Source of the DNA: Thermoproteota archaeon
GTDB lineage: Archaea; Korarchaeota; Korarchaeia; Korarchaeales; Korarchaeaceae
Assembly: GCA_026986575.1 (NCBI GenBank)
Contig: JALSOH010000009.1
Coordinates: forward strand, 128,001-192,000
Direction of reading: 5' to 3'
Length of the DNA: 64,000 nt
Numbering within the stretch: the first letter of the stretch is position 1; each line of letters starts with the position of its first letter. The notes under the pieces are model-generated. The model saw nothing but the letters and a program-made list of their open reading frames with translations, did not search any database and was not told the DNA's origin. The position numbers and the translations under genes were made by a program. Positions 39,636 through 49,701 of this stretch are shown one piece after another.

Positions 39636-40554
39636 ATAACTCCCTCACCCTCCTCATCATCACGACACCTATTCCGCTGAACAGCATGCCCAAGGCGAGA
39701 AGAACCAAGCTACCAGCGAACATGACGTTTTCCATCAGGGGGAAGAAGCTGGCCTCGGTGAACTGGTTGGCGATTAGTGAAGATATGGTGTATCCGGGAG
39801 CGAAGAGGCAGGGTGAGATGTTGAAGGCGTTTCCCACCACCAAGGCAACAGCTACTGTCTCACTGGCTGCCCTTCCAAGCCCTAGGAGAACGGCGGCTAT
39901 TATGGCTGGCCTTATGAGTGAGACCATTATCCTGAAGTACTCATATCTAGTGGCCCCGAGAGACAGGGCCGCCTCCCTGTAGGTGCGAGGCACCTGCCTG
40001 TAGGCCTCCTTGATCACCCCGTGCATGAATGGAATTATCATTACCGCCAGTAAAAGCCCGGCTGCCAAGAATGAGGCGCCACTCAGGGGATCGCAAGCGA
40101 ACGGGGGGATGAAGTCGAGGTGCTCGTGTAGCGGCGACATGACCCAACTCCTTAAAATGGGAACCATCACCTCCAACCCCCAGAGCCCGTAGATTATCGT
40201 GGGTAGACCAGCCATGAGGTCTATCACCGAGGAGAAGAACTCTTTGATCCTGTAGGGAGCCATCTCCTCCATGAAGAAGACGGTAGCGACGGAGAGGGGC
40301 AAAGCTACTGCAGCGGCTATCAGCGAGGTGACTAGGGTCCCGTAGAGGGGTGCCAGTAGGCCGTACTTCACGAACTCCACCCCCCTCTCTGACGGCTTCC
40401 ACACATTCTCGGTGAAGAGGGAGATGCCGAACCTCTCAAGAGCCGGCCATGACTCGTAGGCCAGTACGTAAGCCAGAAGTGCGAATAGAGCGAATATTAC
40501 CGCGGCGAAGGGAAGCAGGGTGAGGAAGAATCCCCTGTCCACCTTGGGAATCAT
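39625..40554 (-). CDS. pstC: phosphate ABC transporter permease PstC
   Basis: LPTIIYGLWG, REAALSLGAT, GRAASET and TISSLIANQF. Confidence 0.95.
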   Translation of the reverse strand: MIPKVDRGFFLTLLPFAAVIFALFALLAYVLAYESWPALERFGISLFTENVWKPSERGVEFVKYGLLAPLYGTLVTSLIAAAVALPLSVATVFFMEEMAPYRIKEFFSSVIDLMAGLPTIIYGLWGLEVMVPILRSWVMSPLHEHLDFIPPFACDPLSGASFLAAGLLLAVMIIPFMHGVIKEAYRQVPRTYREAALSLGATRYEYFRIMVSLIRPAIIAAVLLGLGRAASETVAVALVVGNAFNISPCLFAPGYTISSLIANQFTEASFFPLMENVMFAGSLVLLALGMLFSGIGVVMMRRVRELYGR

Positions 40555-40570
40555 TCGATCACCCCCGAAT

Positions 40571-41656
40571 TCACGGTTTTATCAGTCCCACGGCCTTCAG
40601 GTTCACCGACCTCAGTTCGGGCGGTATGGGGGCGTACCCCTCAGCTATCAGCTCCTGTCCCTCAGTGTTCACGAACCTCACGAACCCCCTGATGGCTTCC
40701 GCCTTCTCTCCGTAATGAGTCCAGAACATCAGGTGGACGAAGGAAGTCAGGGGGTAGGATTCCTCGCCGGGGGCGTAGACCACGGCATCTAGGTCGAGGC
40801 TGAAATCGTCAAGGGGACTCTTGGGGAGGAGGGGAAATGCTCTCCTCGCGGCCTCAGTGATCGATTGGGGAGAGGGGGTGACGAAGTTCCCCTCGGCGTT
40901 TCTCACCGACGCCATAGGGAGGTCGTTCTCTAGGGCGTAGGAGAGCTCCACGTAGCCCAGCGAGTAGGGGGTATTCATGATAACCTGAGTCACTCCCTGA
41001 TTTCCCTTAGCCCCTACGCCGTTCCCTCTGGAGTCGACAGGCCATTCCACGCTCTTCCCCACAAGATCGAGGGGCCAGTCTCGGGGGGATGCCTTGTGAA
41101 GGAAGAAGGTGAAGATGTTGGTGGTTCCGCTCGAGTCAGACCTGTGGACAGCGATTATCTCCTTATGGGGCAGCTTCATTGCTGGATTGAGCTCCCTCAT
41201 CAAAGGATCGTCCCAGTACCTCACCTCCCCCTTGTAGATCCTTGCCAGCACTTTGCCATCGAGTCTTAGCTGTCCCTCGACGGGCAGGTTGTAGGTGATC
41301 ACCACGGCCCCGAGCACCACCGGCATCTGCAGCACCCGACCCCTGTACCTGAGCCAGAGGTCTCTGGTGAGAGGGGGATCGCTTGCCGCGAAGTCAACCA
41401 GTTTGGAGAGGAACTGCTTCTGGCCCGTACCGCTCCCAGTCGGATTGTAGTTTAGGGTAACCCAGGGATGCTCTTCCGTGAATTTAGGTATCCAGATAGA
41501 CATCTGAGGGTAGATGAAGCTGGAGCCGGAGCCGAGGATCGATACCTCCTCGCTGTTCCCTTGAACGGTCGTGCCCACGAGCCCGAGGACCACCCAAAGG
41601 ACGAATATGAGGGGACCCATGGAGGCCAGCAAGGGTGCTGAGATCCTCAGCTCCAT
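40571..41656 (-). CDS. pstS: phosphate-binding protein PstS
   Basis: GSGSSF, GSGTG, FAASD, HRSDSSGTT, KGNQGV and GYVE. Confidence 0.95.
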   Translation of the reverse strand: MELRISAPLLASMGPLIFVLWVVLGLVGTTVQGNSEEVSILGSGSSFIYPQMSIWIPKFTEEHPWVTLNYNPTGSGTGQKQFLSKLVDFAASDPPLTRDLWLRYRGRVLQMPVVLGAVVITYNLPVEGQLRLDGKVLARIYKGEVRYWDDPLMRELNPAMKLPHKEIIAVHRSDSSGTTNIFTFFLHKASPRDWPLDLVGKSVEWPVDSRGNGVGAKGNQGVTQVIMNTPYSLGYVELSYALENDLPMASVRNAEGNFVTPSPQSITEAARRAFPLLPKSPLDDFSLDLDAVVYAPGEESYPLTSFVHLMFWTHYGEKAEAIRGFVRFVNTEGQELIAEGYAPIPPELRSVNLKAVGLIKP

Positions 41657-41778
41657 CTAGGGCACCTTCTCGCGCCCGTCCATCCTGTAAAAACTATAAA
41701 CGTATTGCAAATAGAATATAGATACTGGATTGATCTACATACCTTATATAGAAGGTCCGCGCGGATCCCCCGATAGAG

Positions 41779-42789
41779 ATGGCCCAGCCTAGGAGCGTTC
41801 AGGTGACGGGGCGTTCCACCTACATAATCTCCCTCCCTAAGGAGTGGGCGAGGAGTGTCGGGATAGGAAAGGGATCCACCGTTTATTTGGAGGTACTGGC
41901 GGACGGTTCTTTGAGGATCTCGCCCTCACCGAGCGGTAGGAGGGGACAACTGACCAAGGTAATTGACGCCTCCAAGTATGGGGATGTGAGCAGCCTGATG
42001 AGGGAGATAATCTCTCACTACTTGGCCGGATACAACTCCATTAGGATAGAGTACGGGGCAGAGCGGAAGGACTTGGCCGAGAGGGTGAAGGAGATAATTG
42101 AGAGCAGTATCTTGGGATTCAGCGTCCTCGAGGGAACCGCAACTTCGATGACCTTCTACGCGGTCCTCGATCCCTCCTCGATGAGCTTGGACGATGCCGC
42201 ATCGAAGCTCGTGTCCGATGCCCTCCACATGCTGGAGGACACGCTCCGGGGCATGAGGGAAAGGGATAGCAGCCTCCTTGAGGGTGTGATCAGGCAGGAC
42301 CAGCTCGTGGACAAGTTGTACTTGCTCGTCGCCAAGCAGCTGACCATAGCCCTGATGAATCCCGTCAATGTGAGGGACTTCGGTCTCGAAACTCCTGCTG
42401 AGGCACCTCACCTCTTCCTAGCTGCGAAGAGCGTTGAGAGGATCGCGGATCATGCGACGATAGTAGCGAGAAACACGATGGATCTCATCCTCGAAGGCGG
42501 TGAAATACCTCCAAACATCTTGGACTCACTGGAGGAGGCTATCGAGCTCTTCAGGGACGTCTCCTCAGCTCTAACTAGCCCGAACAAGGAGAAGGCTGAG
42601 GAGGTAGCTAAGCTAATTGAGAGGGTGGGTAGGGGCCCGAGCGCCTGGGAGGAGAGGTACGCAGATCCCAGACTTTACGCGATAGTGGAGAGCATTGGAC
42701 GGATATTCGGTTACAGCTTGGACATAGCCGAGGCAATAATAGATGTCTCCACTGTCAGAGAAGCAGCTAGGATGCTAAGGGGCCGTTAA
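41779..42789 (+). CDS. phoU: archaeal AbrB-PhoU phosphate uptake regulator
   Basis: R.VQVTGRSTYIISLPKEW (AbrB) plus PhoU repeats (VDKLY, ERIADHA). Confidence 0.9.
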   Translation: MAQPRSVQVTGRSTYIISLPKEWARSVGIGKGSTVYLEVLADGSLRISPSPSGRRGQLTKVIDASKYGDVSSLMREIISHYLAGYNSIRIEYGAERKDLAERVKEIIESSILGFSVLEGTATSMTFYAVLDPSSMSLDDAASKLVSDALHMLEDTLRGMRERDSSLLEGVIRQDQLVDKLYLLVAKQLTIALMNPVNVRDFGLETPAEAPHLFLAAKSVERIADHATIVARNTMDLILEGGEIPPNILDSLEEAIELFRDVSSALTSPNKEKAEEVAKLIERVGRGPSAWEERYADPRLYAIVESIGRIFGYSLDIAEAIIDVSTVREAARMLRGR

Positions 42790-43217
42790 AGGAGTCTCCT
42801 TACCCTCTCAGCTATTCTCTCTGAGACCTTCCTGTAAGGCTCTGGATCACCTTCCTCATCCCACTTAACTCCGGGACACGAGAGGGAGACTAGGATGAAG
42901 TCCTCACCCACTATGAAGGGATACCTCCGGCAGGTGTCGGGACGGTGTTCGTAAGCGACGCAGAGATTTCCCTCTAGAAAGATGCAGGAACCGTCCTCCT
43001 TCATCCTCATCTTGTAAGGCGCGCCAGTAAGCTCCCTCTCCAGATCTGTCGTGGGCTCATAGAAGTCTCGGTAACCTGCCTCTTCCAACCTCCTTACATC
43101 CTCCTCGTAAAGGACTATCACCCTGTTCCTGCAGCAGTCCCCGCACAGCGTGCAGACAAAGCCTGGCATTTTATCCACTTTAACGTAGTCGGAGACCACC
43201 ACTTCCACGGGCATCAC
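42786..43217 (-). CDS. YkgJ-family cysteine-cluster (CxxCxxCC) protein
   Basis: CTLCGDCC, CIFL..NLC..YE.RP..CRRYPF. Confidence 0.9.
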   Translation of the reverse strand: MMPVEVVVSDYVKVDKMPGFVCTLCGDCCRNRVIVLYEEDVRRLEEAGYRDFYEPTTDLERELTGAPYKMRMKEDGSCIFLEGNLCVAYEHRPDTCRRYPFIVGEDFILVSLSCPGVKWDEEGDPEPYRKVSERIAERVRRLL

Positions 43218-43809
43218 CCAGCAGGCGGGAGATGACGAAACACCCAGTGCTCCTGAGGGTCTTGCTCACGTTCCCCTTGCTTACCCCATACCTCCTGGCT
43301 ATCACCTCTATCTTATCCCCGAACCATATCCTCCTGAAGCAGTAGGCGACCCTCTTCTCCGGCATCTCCGCGAGCACGGCCATGGAGAGGGCCGCCACGT
43401 ATATATTCCTCTCGTCGTTGAGATCGGCACCCTCCCCCACCTCCAGATTCAGCACTGAAACCCTACTCCTCTTCGAGCTCAGCTTCTCCAAGGCGGATCT
43501 AGCGCTCCAGAAGGCGGGACCGTCGCACTCGTCCGCGAACTCCCTGATGAGGTGCACGCTCCCGGCCCCCAGCCCCACCCTGAACCTGAGATTCGAGGCG
43601 AGGGAGTAGTGGAAGAAGAAGGTGAGTGGACGCCAGTCCTTGGTCAGGAATTCGACGCTATCTCCAGCGGTGAGCGCCGGTCTGGCAGCCAGCTCCCGAC
43701 TCCATCTCCCCTCCACTAGGTTCATACCACTCCTTATAATCTCCCTGATCTCCTCAGCCCTATCGGACAGCTCCCTAGATCTGATGAGGTCGAAAATGGC
43801 AGCTAGCAA
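43180..43809 (-). CDS. SatD family protein with C-terminal HTH
   Basis: DLIRSR, TAGDSVE, RVGLGAG, DGPAFWSAR and IARRYGVSKGNVSK; TTG start after GGAGGT. Confidence 0.85.
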   Translation of the reverse strand: MLAAIFDLIRSRELSDRAEEIREIIRSGMNLVEGRWSRELAARPALTAGDSVEFLTKDWRPLTFFFHYSLASNLRFRVGLGAGSVHLIREFADECDGPAFWSARSALEKLSSKRSRVSVLNLEVGEGADLNDERNIYVAALSMAVLAEMPEKRVAYCFRRIWFGDKIEVIARRYGVSKGNVSKTLRSTGCFVISRLLGDARGSGGLRLR

Positions 43810-44273
43810 CCCAACCTCCCCCATATCATGTGGAGGGAGAGCCATGAAAGGGCTATCCCGCTCGTGAGACTGAAGAACGTCCCGATTATGTACCATTCAG
43901 CCTCCATTGTCCTCCTGTCGAATCTGAACAGGGCTTTCGCGGCAACTACAATGGCGAGAGAGCTGAGAGCATCTTTCACGGGCAGCAAGCAGTTGGCACT
44001 CATGAGGAAGAGGAGGAATACGAAGGACCTCTCCATCACGCCTATCACAGCACCACCGTGGAAACCCTCCTCGCCGCCTCCCGATCGGATCCTCCTTCCC
44101 AACTCGGATATAAGGCTGTGAGGGAGCAATAAGACGCTGAGATAGGCGAGTAGATGCGAAGCGATCATTCGGGGTTCCACAATGGGAGCTCCTTGGAACA
44201 GGAGTAAGAGAGCTAGTGAGAGGAGACCAGCGAACAGGATCAAGACTTTCCGTACCTGAGCCTCGAGACCCAT
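43803..44273 (-). CDS. DUF3307-like membrane protein
   Basis: GAVIGVMER, AAKALFRF and EWYIIGTFFS; this family is usually paired with SatD. Confidence 0.8.
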   Translation of the reverse strand: MGLEAQVRKVLILFAGLLSLALLLLFQGAPIVEPRMIASHLLAYLSVLLLPHSLISELGRRIRSGGGEEGFHGGAVIGVMERSFVFLLFLMSANCLLPVKDALSSLAIVVAAKALFRFDRRTMEAEWYIIGTFFSLTSGIALSWLSLHMIWGRLGC

Positions 44274-44287
44274 GCCGCGTCATCTAC

Positions 44288-44345
44288 CTGAGTTTACTTA
44301 AAAGGTAAACTGAGGACTGAGTTTACTTAAAAGGTAAACTGAGGA
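44288..44345. repeat. perfect 29-bp tandem duplication, each unit palindromic (AGTTTAC-N7-GTAAACT)
   Basis: CTGAGTTTACTTAAAAGGTAAACTGAGGA at 44288-44316 and 44317-44345. Confidence 0.9.
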
Positions 44346-44409
44346 CGAGGTTCACCTCGCAGGTGAAATCGCGGGCAGCCTTATTACAAACACCCGGTAC
44401 TCGTCCCCT

Positions 44410-45357
44410 ATGGAGCTTGAGAAGGAGAGATTGACCGTCGGTCACAGGCCCGATGGCTCCGAGGTGAACCTCCCGGTCGTCAGGGTGCAGGGGTCTTCCA
44501 GAGGACCTAGGCTGCTCATCACACTGAGCGTCCACGGGGACGAGATCACGGGTCACAAATCGGTGTGGTACCTCCTAGATCACCTCAGAAAGGTGACCGA
44601 CCTCAAGGGAGAGCTAACCATCATCTCCTTGGTCAACGTTGAGGGCTTCAACTACTCCATCAGGGGCTTCCCCTACTCCACCTTAGACCTGAACAGGATG
44701 TTTCCTGGAGATGAGAGGGGCTCTCTGTCCGAACGAATCACCGCTAGGATCTGGTCCCTAGCCTCTAAGGCCGACTTCGTCCTCGACGTACACACCGCGG
44801 GCCTATGCGTTCCCTTCGTCCTGATACATCCGGCCGAGCCCCTCATAAGGGACTTCATGGAGGATGTGGCCTACGCCAGCGGCCTGACCCCCCTCTACAA
44901 TTACGATCCCGAGCTCTACGACAGGATAGGGTTGGGGAAGTCACTGAGCGGCACCTCGGTCAAGAACGGCACTCCAGCGCTCACTTTAGAGCTGCCGGGG
45001 TTCGTTGGGATAGACCAGCTGGGTGCCAGGGCGGGCTTCATAGCCCTGAAGAACGTGATGGTCAAGCTGGGGATGCTGGATGGGGATTACGAGGAGGTGG
45101 ACTTCCTTCCGGTGATCAGGAGGAGGGGGATGAAGAGGGTGAAGGTGAGCGCGGAGTCGGCTGGTCTCCTCGACTACACCGTCGAGCTAGGGGAGGAGGT
45201 ATTCGAGGGGCAGCTCTTGGCCAGGGTGAGGGATCCATTCGGGGATGCGCTGGAAGAGGTCAGGGCCCCTAGAGACGGCTTCGTAGTTCAGATAAATGGA
45301 TTTTACAGGACCTTCACCGGTGGCAAGGTGGCGACCTTGGCGGTGGAGGCCGGCTGA
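44410..45357 (+). CDS. succinylglutamate desuccinylase/aspartoacylase (M14) family protein
   Basis: HGDE, DLNRMFPG, DVHT, ELPG and a C-terminal barrel-sandwich segment. Confidence 0.9.
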   Translation: MELEKERLTVGHRPDGSEVNLPVVRVQGSSRGPRLLITLSVHGDEITGHKSVWYLLDHLRKVTDLKGELTIISLVNVEGFNYSIRGFPYSTLDLNRMFPGDERGSLSERITARIWSLASKADFVLDVHTAGLCVPFVLIHPAEPLIRDFMEDVAYASGLTPLYNYDPELYDRIGLGKSLSGTSVKNGTPALTLELPGFVGIDQLGARAGFIALKNVMVKLGMLDGDYEEVDFLPVIRRRGMKRVKVSAESAGLLDYTVELGEEVFEGQLLARVRDPFGDALEEVRAPRDGFVVQINGFYRTFTGGKVATLAVEAG

Positions 45358-45430
45358 GTCATAGGATGGGAATAGGTGCGCATTACATTTCGGGGCATGC
45401 CTATTTTTCCCCTCACCTCCCCAAGGGAGG

Positions 45431-48079
45431 ATGCGCAGGGCCTGGCCTCTACTACTGATACTCCTGCTTTCCACCGTGGCATCAGCGGCGATGCCCACTG
45501 ACGAATGGCAGGCACGCACTAACCTCTTCTCAGGCACTGGCGCCCTCAGAGATGGAGGAGCCGTCCTGTTCCTCCGGCAGGGGCTCATAAACGAGCCGGA
45601 GGGGCGTCTCGAGGTGGTGAAGTTCGCTGGCAAGAACGTGGTGCTCACCTCCTCCAAGGGAATCATCTACTACTTGGACACCTTCAAGGCCGTTAAGATG
45701 GTCAACGCTTGCGCCGGGAGGGTGGTCAAGATGGCCCACGCCTCCACACCCCGTGGGGGTGTGACCTACGCCCTCTGCTGGAAGCCCAACGACAACATCG
45801 TCTCGGCAGTGACGATATTCGACGGCGCAACCGGAGTGAAGTGGTTCTCGCTCATAAGGCCATCCAGATACAGCGAGGAGACGGGGTTCAAGTGGGCCGA
45901 CTACAGGACCGATTTCCCGTGTAGCGTGGAACCAGCTTCCCCTCTGGTCGCGGACATGGACGGGGACGGCTACGACGAGGCGGTGTGGTTCCTCGACGGC
46001 AGCCTCTTCTACGTCGACTCCCCCCTTTCGAACCCCAACAGGACCCTCATAAGCCAGACTCCCAGGGGCTTCGCCTACGGTGATGTGACAGGCGATGGGA
46101 GGAAAGAGGTGGTCATCGCAACTCCTACCGAGATAATGACCTGGCAACCCGGCGGAAGGCCAGCGGTTTACTCCAAGTACGGGTGCACCTCCGATCCCGT
46201 GTTGGCTGACCTCGACGGGGACGGTGTCAGGGAAGTGGCCTGTCTGTATGGGAGCTCCCTCGTGGCCGTCGACGGGGACAGGCTGCTTCTCAGGGCCAAC
46301 AACATCGCCACCCTGCCGGCTGCCGGGGATATAGATGGCGACGGACTTTCAGATTTGGTGTATGTTACCAGTGACGGCACGCTGACCGCGAGATCCATAA
46401 AGGGCGTGCTCTGGACCTTCAAGGTGCAGAGGCCCTTCTTCACTCCAGCCATAGGAGATGTGGACGGGGATTACTCGCCGGAGGTGGTGATAGGGGCGGG
46501 CCAGTACCTGCGCGTCCTGTCGTCCAAGGGAGAGGAGGAGTGGAGGGAGAACCTCAGGGAACCCGATGCTTGGGCGTCCGGTGGGGAGATAACCCTCACC
46601 ACGTACGTGAGGTACGAGGCAAAGACCTCCCCGATCCTCTACGATTTCGATGGTGATGGGTTCCTGGAGATCCTGCTGGGCATAGGGGCGTACTTGGAAC
46701 AGGGGAGGATAGTCGTGGTGGACGACACGAGGGGCATGGGTAATCCACCCGTCGTGGAGATCCTGAACCCAGCCAACTACAGCAGGGTGGGCAGTGAGGT
46801 GGACCTCACCTTCACTGTCAGCGATGACCTCTCCCCGGTGCTCCCCACTAAGGTCTATAGACTGGTGGGAGGTGAGTGGATAGAGGAGTGGACCGGTGAG
46901 GTGAGGTCCGGGGAGAGCGTCCAGCTGACGGTGCCCTCAGCTGACGAGCTTAAGGTGGAGGCGACCGACGGCTCCCTCAGGAGCAGTGAGATCCTCAAGC
47001 TGAAGGTCGATGTTCAGGCGCCTCAACTGGTGATAGAGCCTAGGAACATGTCTAAGATAGGGCCCGGCACCAACATCACCGTGAGGATGGTAGCCCCGAT
47101 CAACGAGTACGCCTACCTGACTGTCTACCACGGCACGAGTCCGGGAGGACAGTGGGTGAAGATGATCGACAGGAGGAGGATCTGGAAGACCACCAAGCTG
47201 GAGATAGATGTGACGCCCATAGTGGAGAAGGTTGAGGGTTACCACTGCTTCAAGTTCGTTCTGGAGGACGCGCTGGGAAACCTGCAGGAGGTGGTGATGA
47301 GGTACAGGATAGAGAAGGGAGGGGAGGAGAGGAGGGTAGCGAGGGTCGGGGAGGTGGAGCTTTCGATCTCGGCCCCTGAGGTCCCCGTATCCCACAGCGT
47401 CAACATCAGCTGGACCTTGGTGGGTGCGGAGAAGGCCTCCCTCTACTACGGGAAGGGCTTTGACTGGACCCTCTTGAGGGAGGTGGAGGGGAACGGCACC
47501 CTAGAGTGGGACGTCTCATCGATGGAGGACGGGACCTACTACCTCAAGCTCGAATCAGGAAATGTGTCGGTCACCACCCAAGTGAAAGTGGACAACACGC
47601 CCCCCAACGTCGAGATAACGGCTGACAGAACGTCCCTGACGGTGAATGAGACTGCGGTGCTCACTGTGAGGACCGATGCCGTCAAGCTGTACTGGGATCT
47701 GGACGGCGACGGGAGGTTCGAGACCCTCGGGCCCAAAGTCGCGAGGGTTGTTGCGAGGGAGCCGGGGGAAATGACCATTAACGTGATGGGGGTTGACGAG
47801 GCCAATAACTCTAGGATCGCGAGCATCACGCTGAAGGTGAAGGCCGAGCAGGAGGGTGTAGCGGAAGAAACGACTGCAACTCCAATTCAGGAGGTCAGCA
47901 GGACGGAGAGCTGGACGGAGAGGTTGATGGGCCTGTTCGGAAATGTCCACTTGGGGCCGGAACTGCTGATACCGCCCCTCATCCTCCTGCTCTTTGTATC
48001 GGTCCTGAGGGCGAGGGCAAAAGCTAAGAAGAAGAGGAAGAGGGTCAGGAGGGTGGTCAATCCTTGGAGATCGCTGTGA
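45431..48079 (+). CDS. secreted FG-GAP-repeat beta-propeller plus Ig-like domains, C-terminal TM anchor
   Basis: Signal peptide; repeated D.DGDG..E motifs; VDNTPP and WDLDGDG.FE; TM plus basic tail. Confidence 0.85.
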   Translation: MRRAWPLLLILLLSTVASAAMPTDEWQARTNLFSGTGALRDGGAVLFLRQGLINEPEGRLEVVKFAGKNVVLTSSKGIIYYLDTFKAVKMVNACAGRVVKMAHASTPRGGVTYALCWKPNDNIVSAVTIFDGATGVKWFSLIRPSRYSEETGFKWADYRTDFPCSVEPASPLVADMDGDGYDEAVWFLDGSLFYVDSPLSNPNRTLISQTPRGFAYGDVTGDGRKEVVIATPTEIMTWQPGGRPAVYSKYGCTSDPVLADLDGDGVREVACLYGSSLVAVDGDRLLLRANNIATLPAAGDIDGDGLSDLVYVTSDGTLTARSIKGVLWTFKVQRPFFTPAIGDVDGDYSPEVVIGAGQYLRVLSSKGEEEWRENLREPDAWASGGEITLTTYVRYEAKTSPILYDFDGDGFLEILLGIGAYLEQGRIVVVDDTRGMGNPPVVEILNPANYSRVGSEVDLTFTVSDDLSPVLPTKVYRLVGGEWIEEWTGEVRSGESVQLTVPSADELKVEATDGSLRSSEILKLKVDVQAPQLVIEPRNMSKIGPGTNITVRMVAPINEYAYLTVYHGTSPGGQWVKMIDRRRIWKTTKLEIDVTPIVEKVEGYHCFKFVLEDALGNLQEVVMRYRIEKGGEERRVARVGEVELSISAPEVPVSHSVNISWTLVGAEKASLYYGKGFDWTLLREVEGNGTLEWDVSSMEDGTYYLKLESGNVSVTTQVKVDNTPPNVEITADRTSLTVNETAVLTVRTDAVKLYWDLDGDGRFETLGPKVARVVAREPGEMTINVMGVDEANNSRIASITLKVKAEQEGVAEETTATPIQEVSRTESWTERLMGLFGNVHLGPELLIPPLILLLFVSVLRARAKAKKKRKRVRRVVNPWRSL

Positions 48080-48729
48080 GGGACGAGGCCGCTGCCCTGG
48101 GCATCTTCATAGCCTACGCCTCGGTGGAGGGGGTGAAGGTGGGCCCCACCACCGACGACTCATTCATGAGGGAGGCGGCCGAGGAGCTGAGGTCCAAGTA
48201 CACGCTCCAGAGCCTCAAGGAGGATCCCATCGTGAGGGCCTACAGGGATTTCTACTGGAGGATAGGGATTGATCCGACCAAAACCCGGCCTAGCAGCGAA
48301 GCTATGGTGAGGAGGGTCCTCAAGGGGGGCAACTTCCCCAAGATAGATAACGTGGTGGACGCCGGAAACGTAGCGAGCGCCCTCACCCTAGTGCCCATAG
48401 GCCTGTACGACTTGGATAAGGTCAGTGGGAAGCTGGAGGTGAGGCTGGCGAGGGAGGGCGAGATATTCCGCCCCATAGGGGGAGGTGAGGAAGTATTGAG
48501 GGGCGGAGAACCCATCCTCGCTGACGAAGAGGAAGTGCTGTTCCTCTATCCCCACAGGGACAGCAGGAAGACCATGATCACCGGGTCCACCACTAGGGTG
48601 CTCGTGGTCGGGGCCGGCGTCCCCGGTGTGGAGGTTCCCCGGGTGAGGAAAGCGGTGAACCTGTCCTTGGACCTGATAATCGGAAGTGCAGGTGGAAGGA
48701 GGGCTAGCGAGACGAAGCTAGCTCCCTGA
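48064..48729 (+). CDS. B3/B4 domain (PheRS-beta-like tRNA editing) protein
   Basis: AYRDFYWRIGIDPTKTRPSSEA..RR, IDNVVD.GN and PIGLYDLD. Confidence 0.9.
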   Translation: MEIAVRDEAAALGIFIAYASVEGVKVGPTTDDSFMREAAEELRSKYTLQSLKEDPIVRAYRDFYWRIGIDPTKTRPSSEAMVRRVLKGGNFPKIDNVVDAGNVASALTLVPIGLYDLDKVSGKLEVRLAREGEIFRPIGGGEEVLRGGEPILADEEEVLFLYPHRDSRKTMITGSTTRVLVVGAGVPGVEVPRVRKAVNLSLDLIIGSAGGRRASETKLAP

Positions 48730-48973
48730 TAGTCTCGATGATCTCGTCGACCTCCACTCCTATAAGTTCAACGTTCTTCAAGATCTTCTTCACCACTCCC
48801 TCCACTTCCCCGGCCTTCTTTCCCACTAGGGCCCTTTCCAGCTCGTCTATGGCTCGTGAGGGGAAGGCCATGAAGTCGCCCGATATGGTCAGGCGAGAGA
48901 TCTTACCCCCTTCCACCTCCAGAACTACCTCTAGGGTCTTCCCTGTTCTGGATCTCACGACCTTCCTCATCAT
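48704..48973 (-). CDS. lipoate-protein ligase C-terminal accessory subunit (LplB-like)
   Basis: GK.L.V...I....ISGDF.AFP...I.ELE..L.G. Confidence 0.85.
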   Translation of the reverse strand: MMRKVVRSRTGKTLEVVLEVEGGKISRLTISGDFMAFPSRAIDELERALVGKKAGEVEGVVKKILKNVELIGVEVDEIIETIRELASSR

Positions 48974-49701
48974 CTCCTGAAGTTCCACCTCCTGCTCCTG
49001 TATTTCTCCTCCAATTCCTCCACGTGCTTCCATTCCTCCTCCGTGAGGTCTCCCTCCCCCATCTCCCCTAGGAAGGAAAAGGAGTCGAGGGCCGCCTCCA
49101 AAACCTCCTCATATCCTATTTCCCTGCCCAGCTCCCTACCTATGGTGGTGACCCTCTCTAAAACGCTCCTCACTCCCTTATCCGACAGCTTCTCTCTGGG
49201 CGGGGAGATGAGCCTAGCTAGGGTCACCAGGTCCGTGGCATACATTATGGTGCCGTGTTGTAGCAGAACCCCGCCTTCCCTCGTCTGAGCACTGCCCGAT
49301 ACCTTCCTCCCCCCAATCAGGACGTCGTTGACGCCTGCGAACTGAGGTTCGAGTCCGAACCTCCTCACCACACCCATAACTCCCTCGCACAGGTACCTGA
49401 AGCTCTCCCTCACATCCTTGGGGAACAGATCTAGTGGGCCAGCGACCGAGTATGTTAGTTCACCTCTCTCATCATGGTAGACTGCTCCCCCGCCAGTGAT
49501 CCTCCTCACCACGGGCACACCTAGCCTCTCAGCCTCCTTCAAGTTTACCGAGCTCTCCACCCTCTGGAAGTAGCCTATCGTCACGGCGCTCGGTCTGAAC
49601 CTATAGAACCGTACGGTCGGAACGCGAGACCTAAGCAGGGCCTCGTCGACGGCCATATTGAAGGCCGCATCCCCCTCAAGTCGGAGAAGCCTCCACCTCA
49701 C
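48970..49701 (-). CDS. lplA: lipoate-protein ligase A catalytic subunit
   Basis: NMAVDEAL, RRITGGGAVYHD, ND..IGGRKVSGSAQ and LQHGT; start trimmed to GTG 49701. Confidence 0.9.
   Translation of the reverse strand: MRWRLLRLEGDAAFNMAVDEALLRSRVPTVRFYRFRPSAVTIGYFQRVESSVNLKEAERLGVPVVRRITGGGAVYHDERGELTYSVAGPLDLFPKDVRESFRYLCEGVMGVVRRFGLEPQFAGVNDVLIGGRKVSGSAQTREGGVLLQHGTIMYATDLVTLARLISPPREKLSDKGVRSVLERVTTIGRELGREIGYEEVLEAALDSFSFLGEMGEGDLTEEEWKHVEELEEKYRSRRWNFRR

Noticed and set aside
44288-44345. 29-bp palindromic repeat as a mini CRISPR array
   Set aside because: The two copies abut with no spacer, and no cas genes are present in the window.
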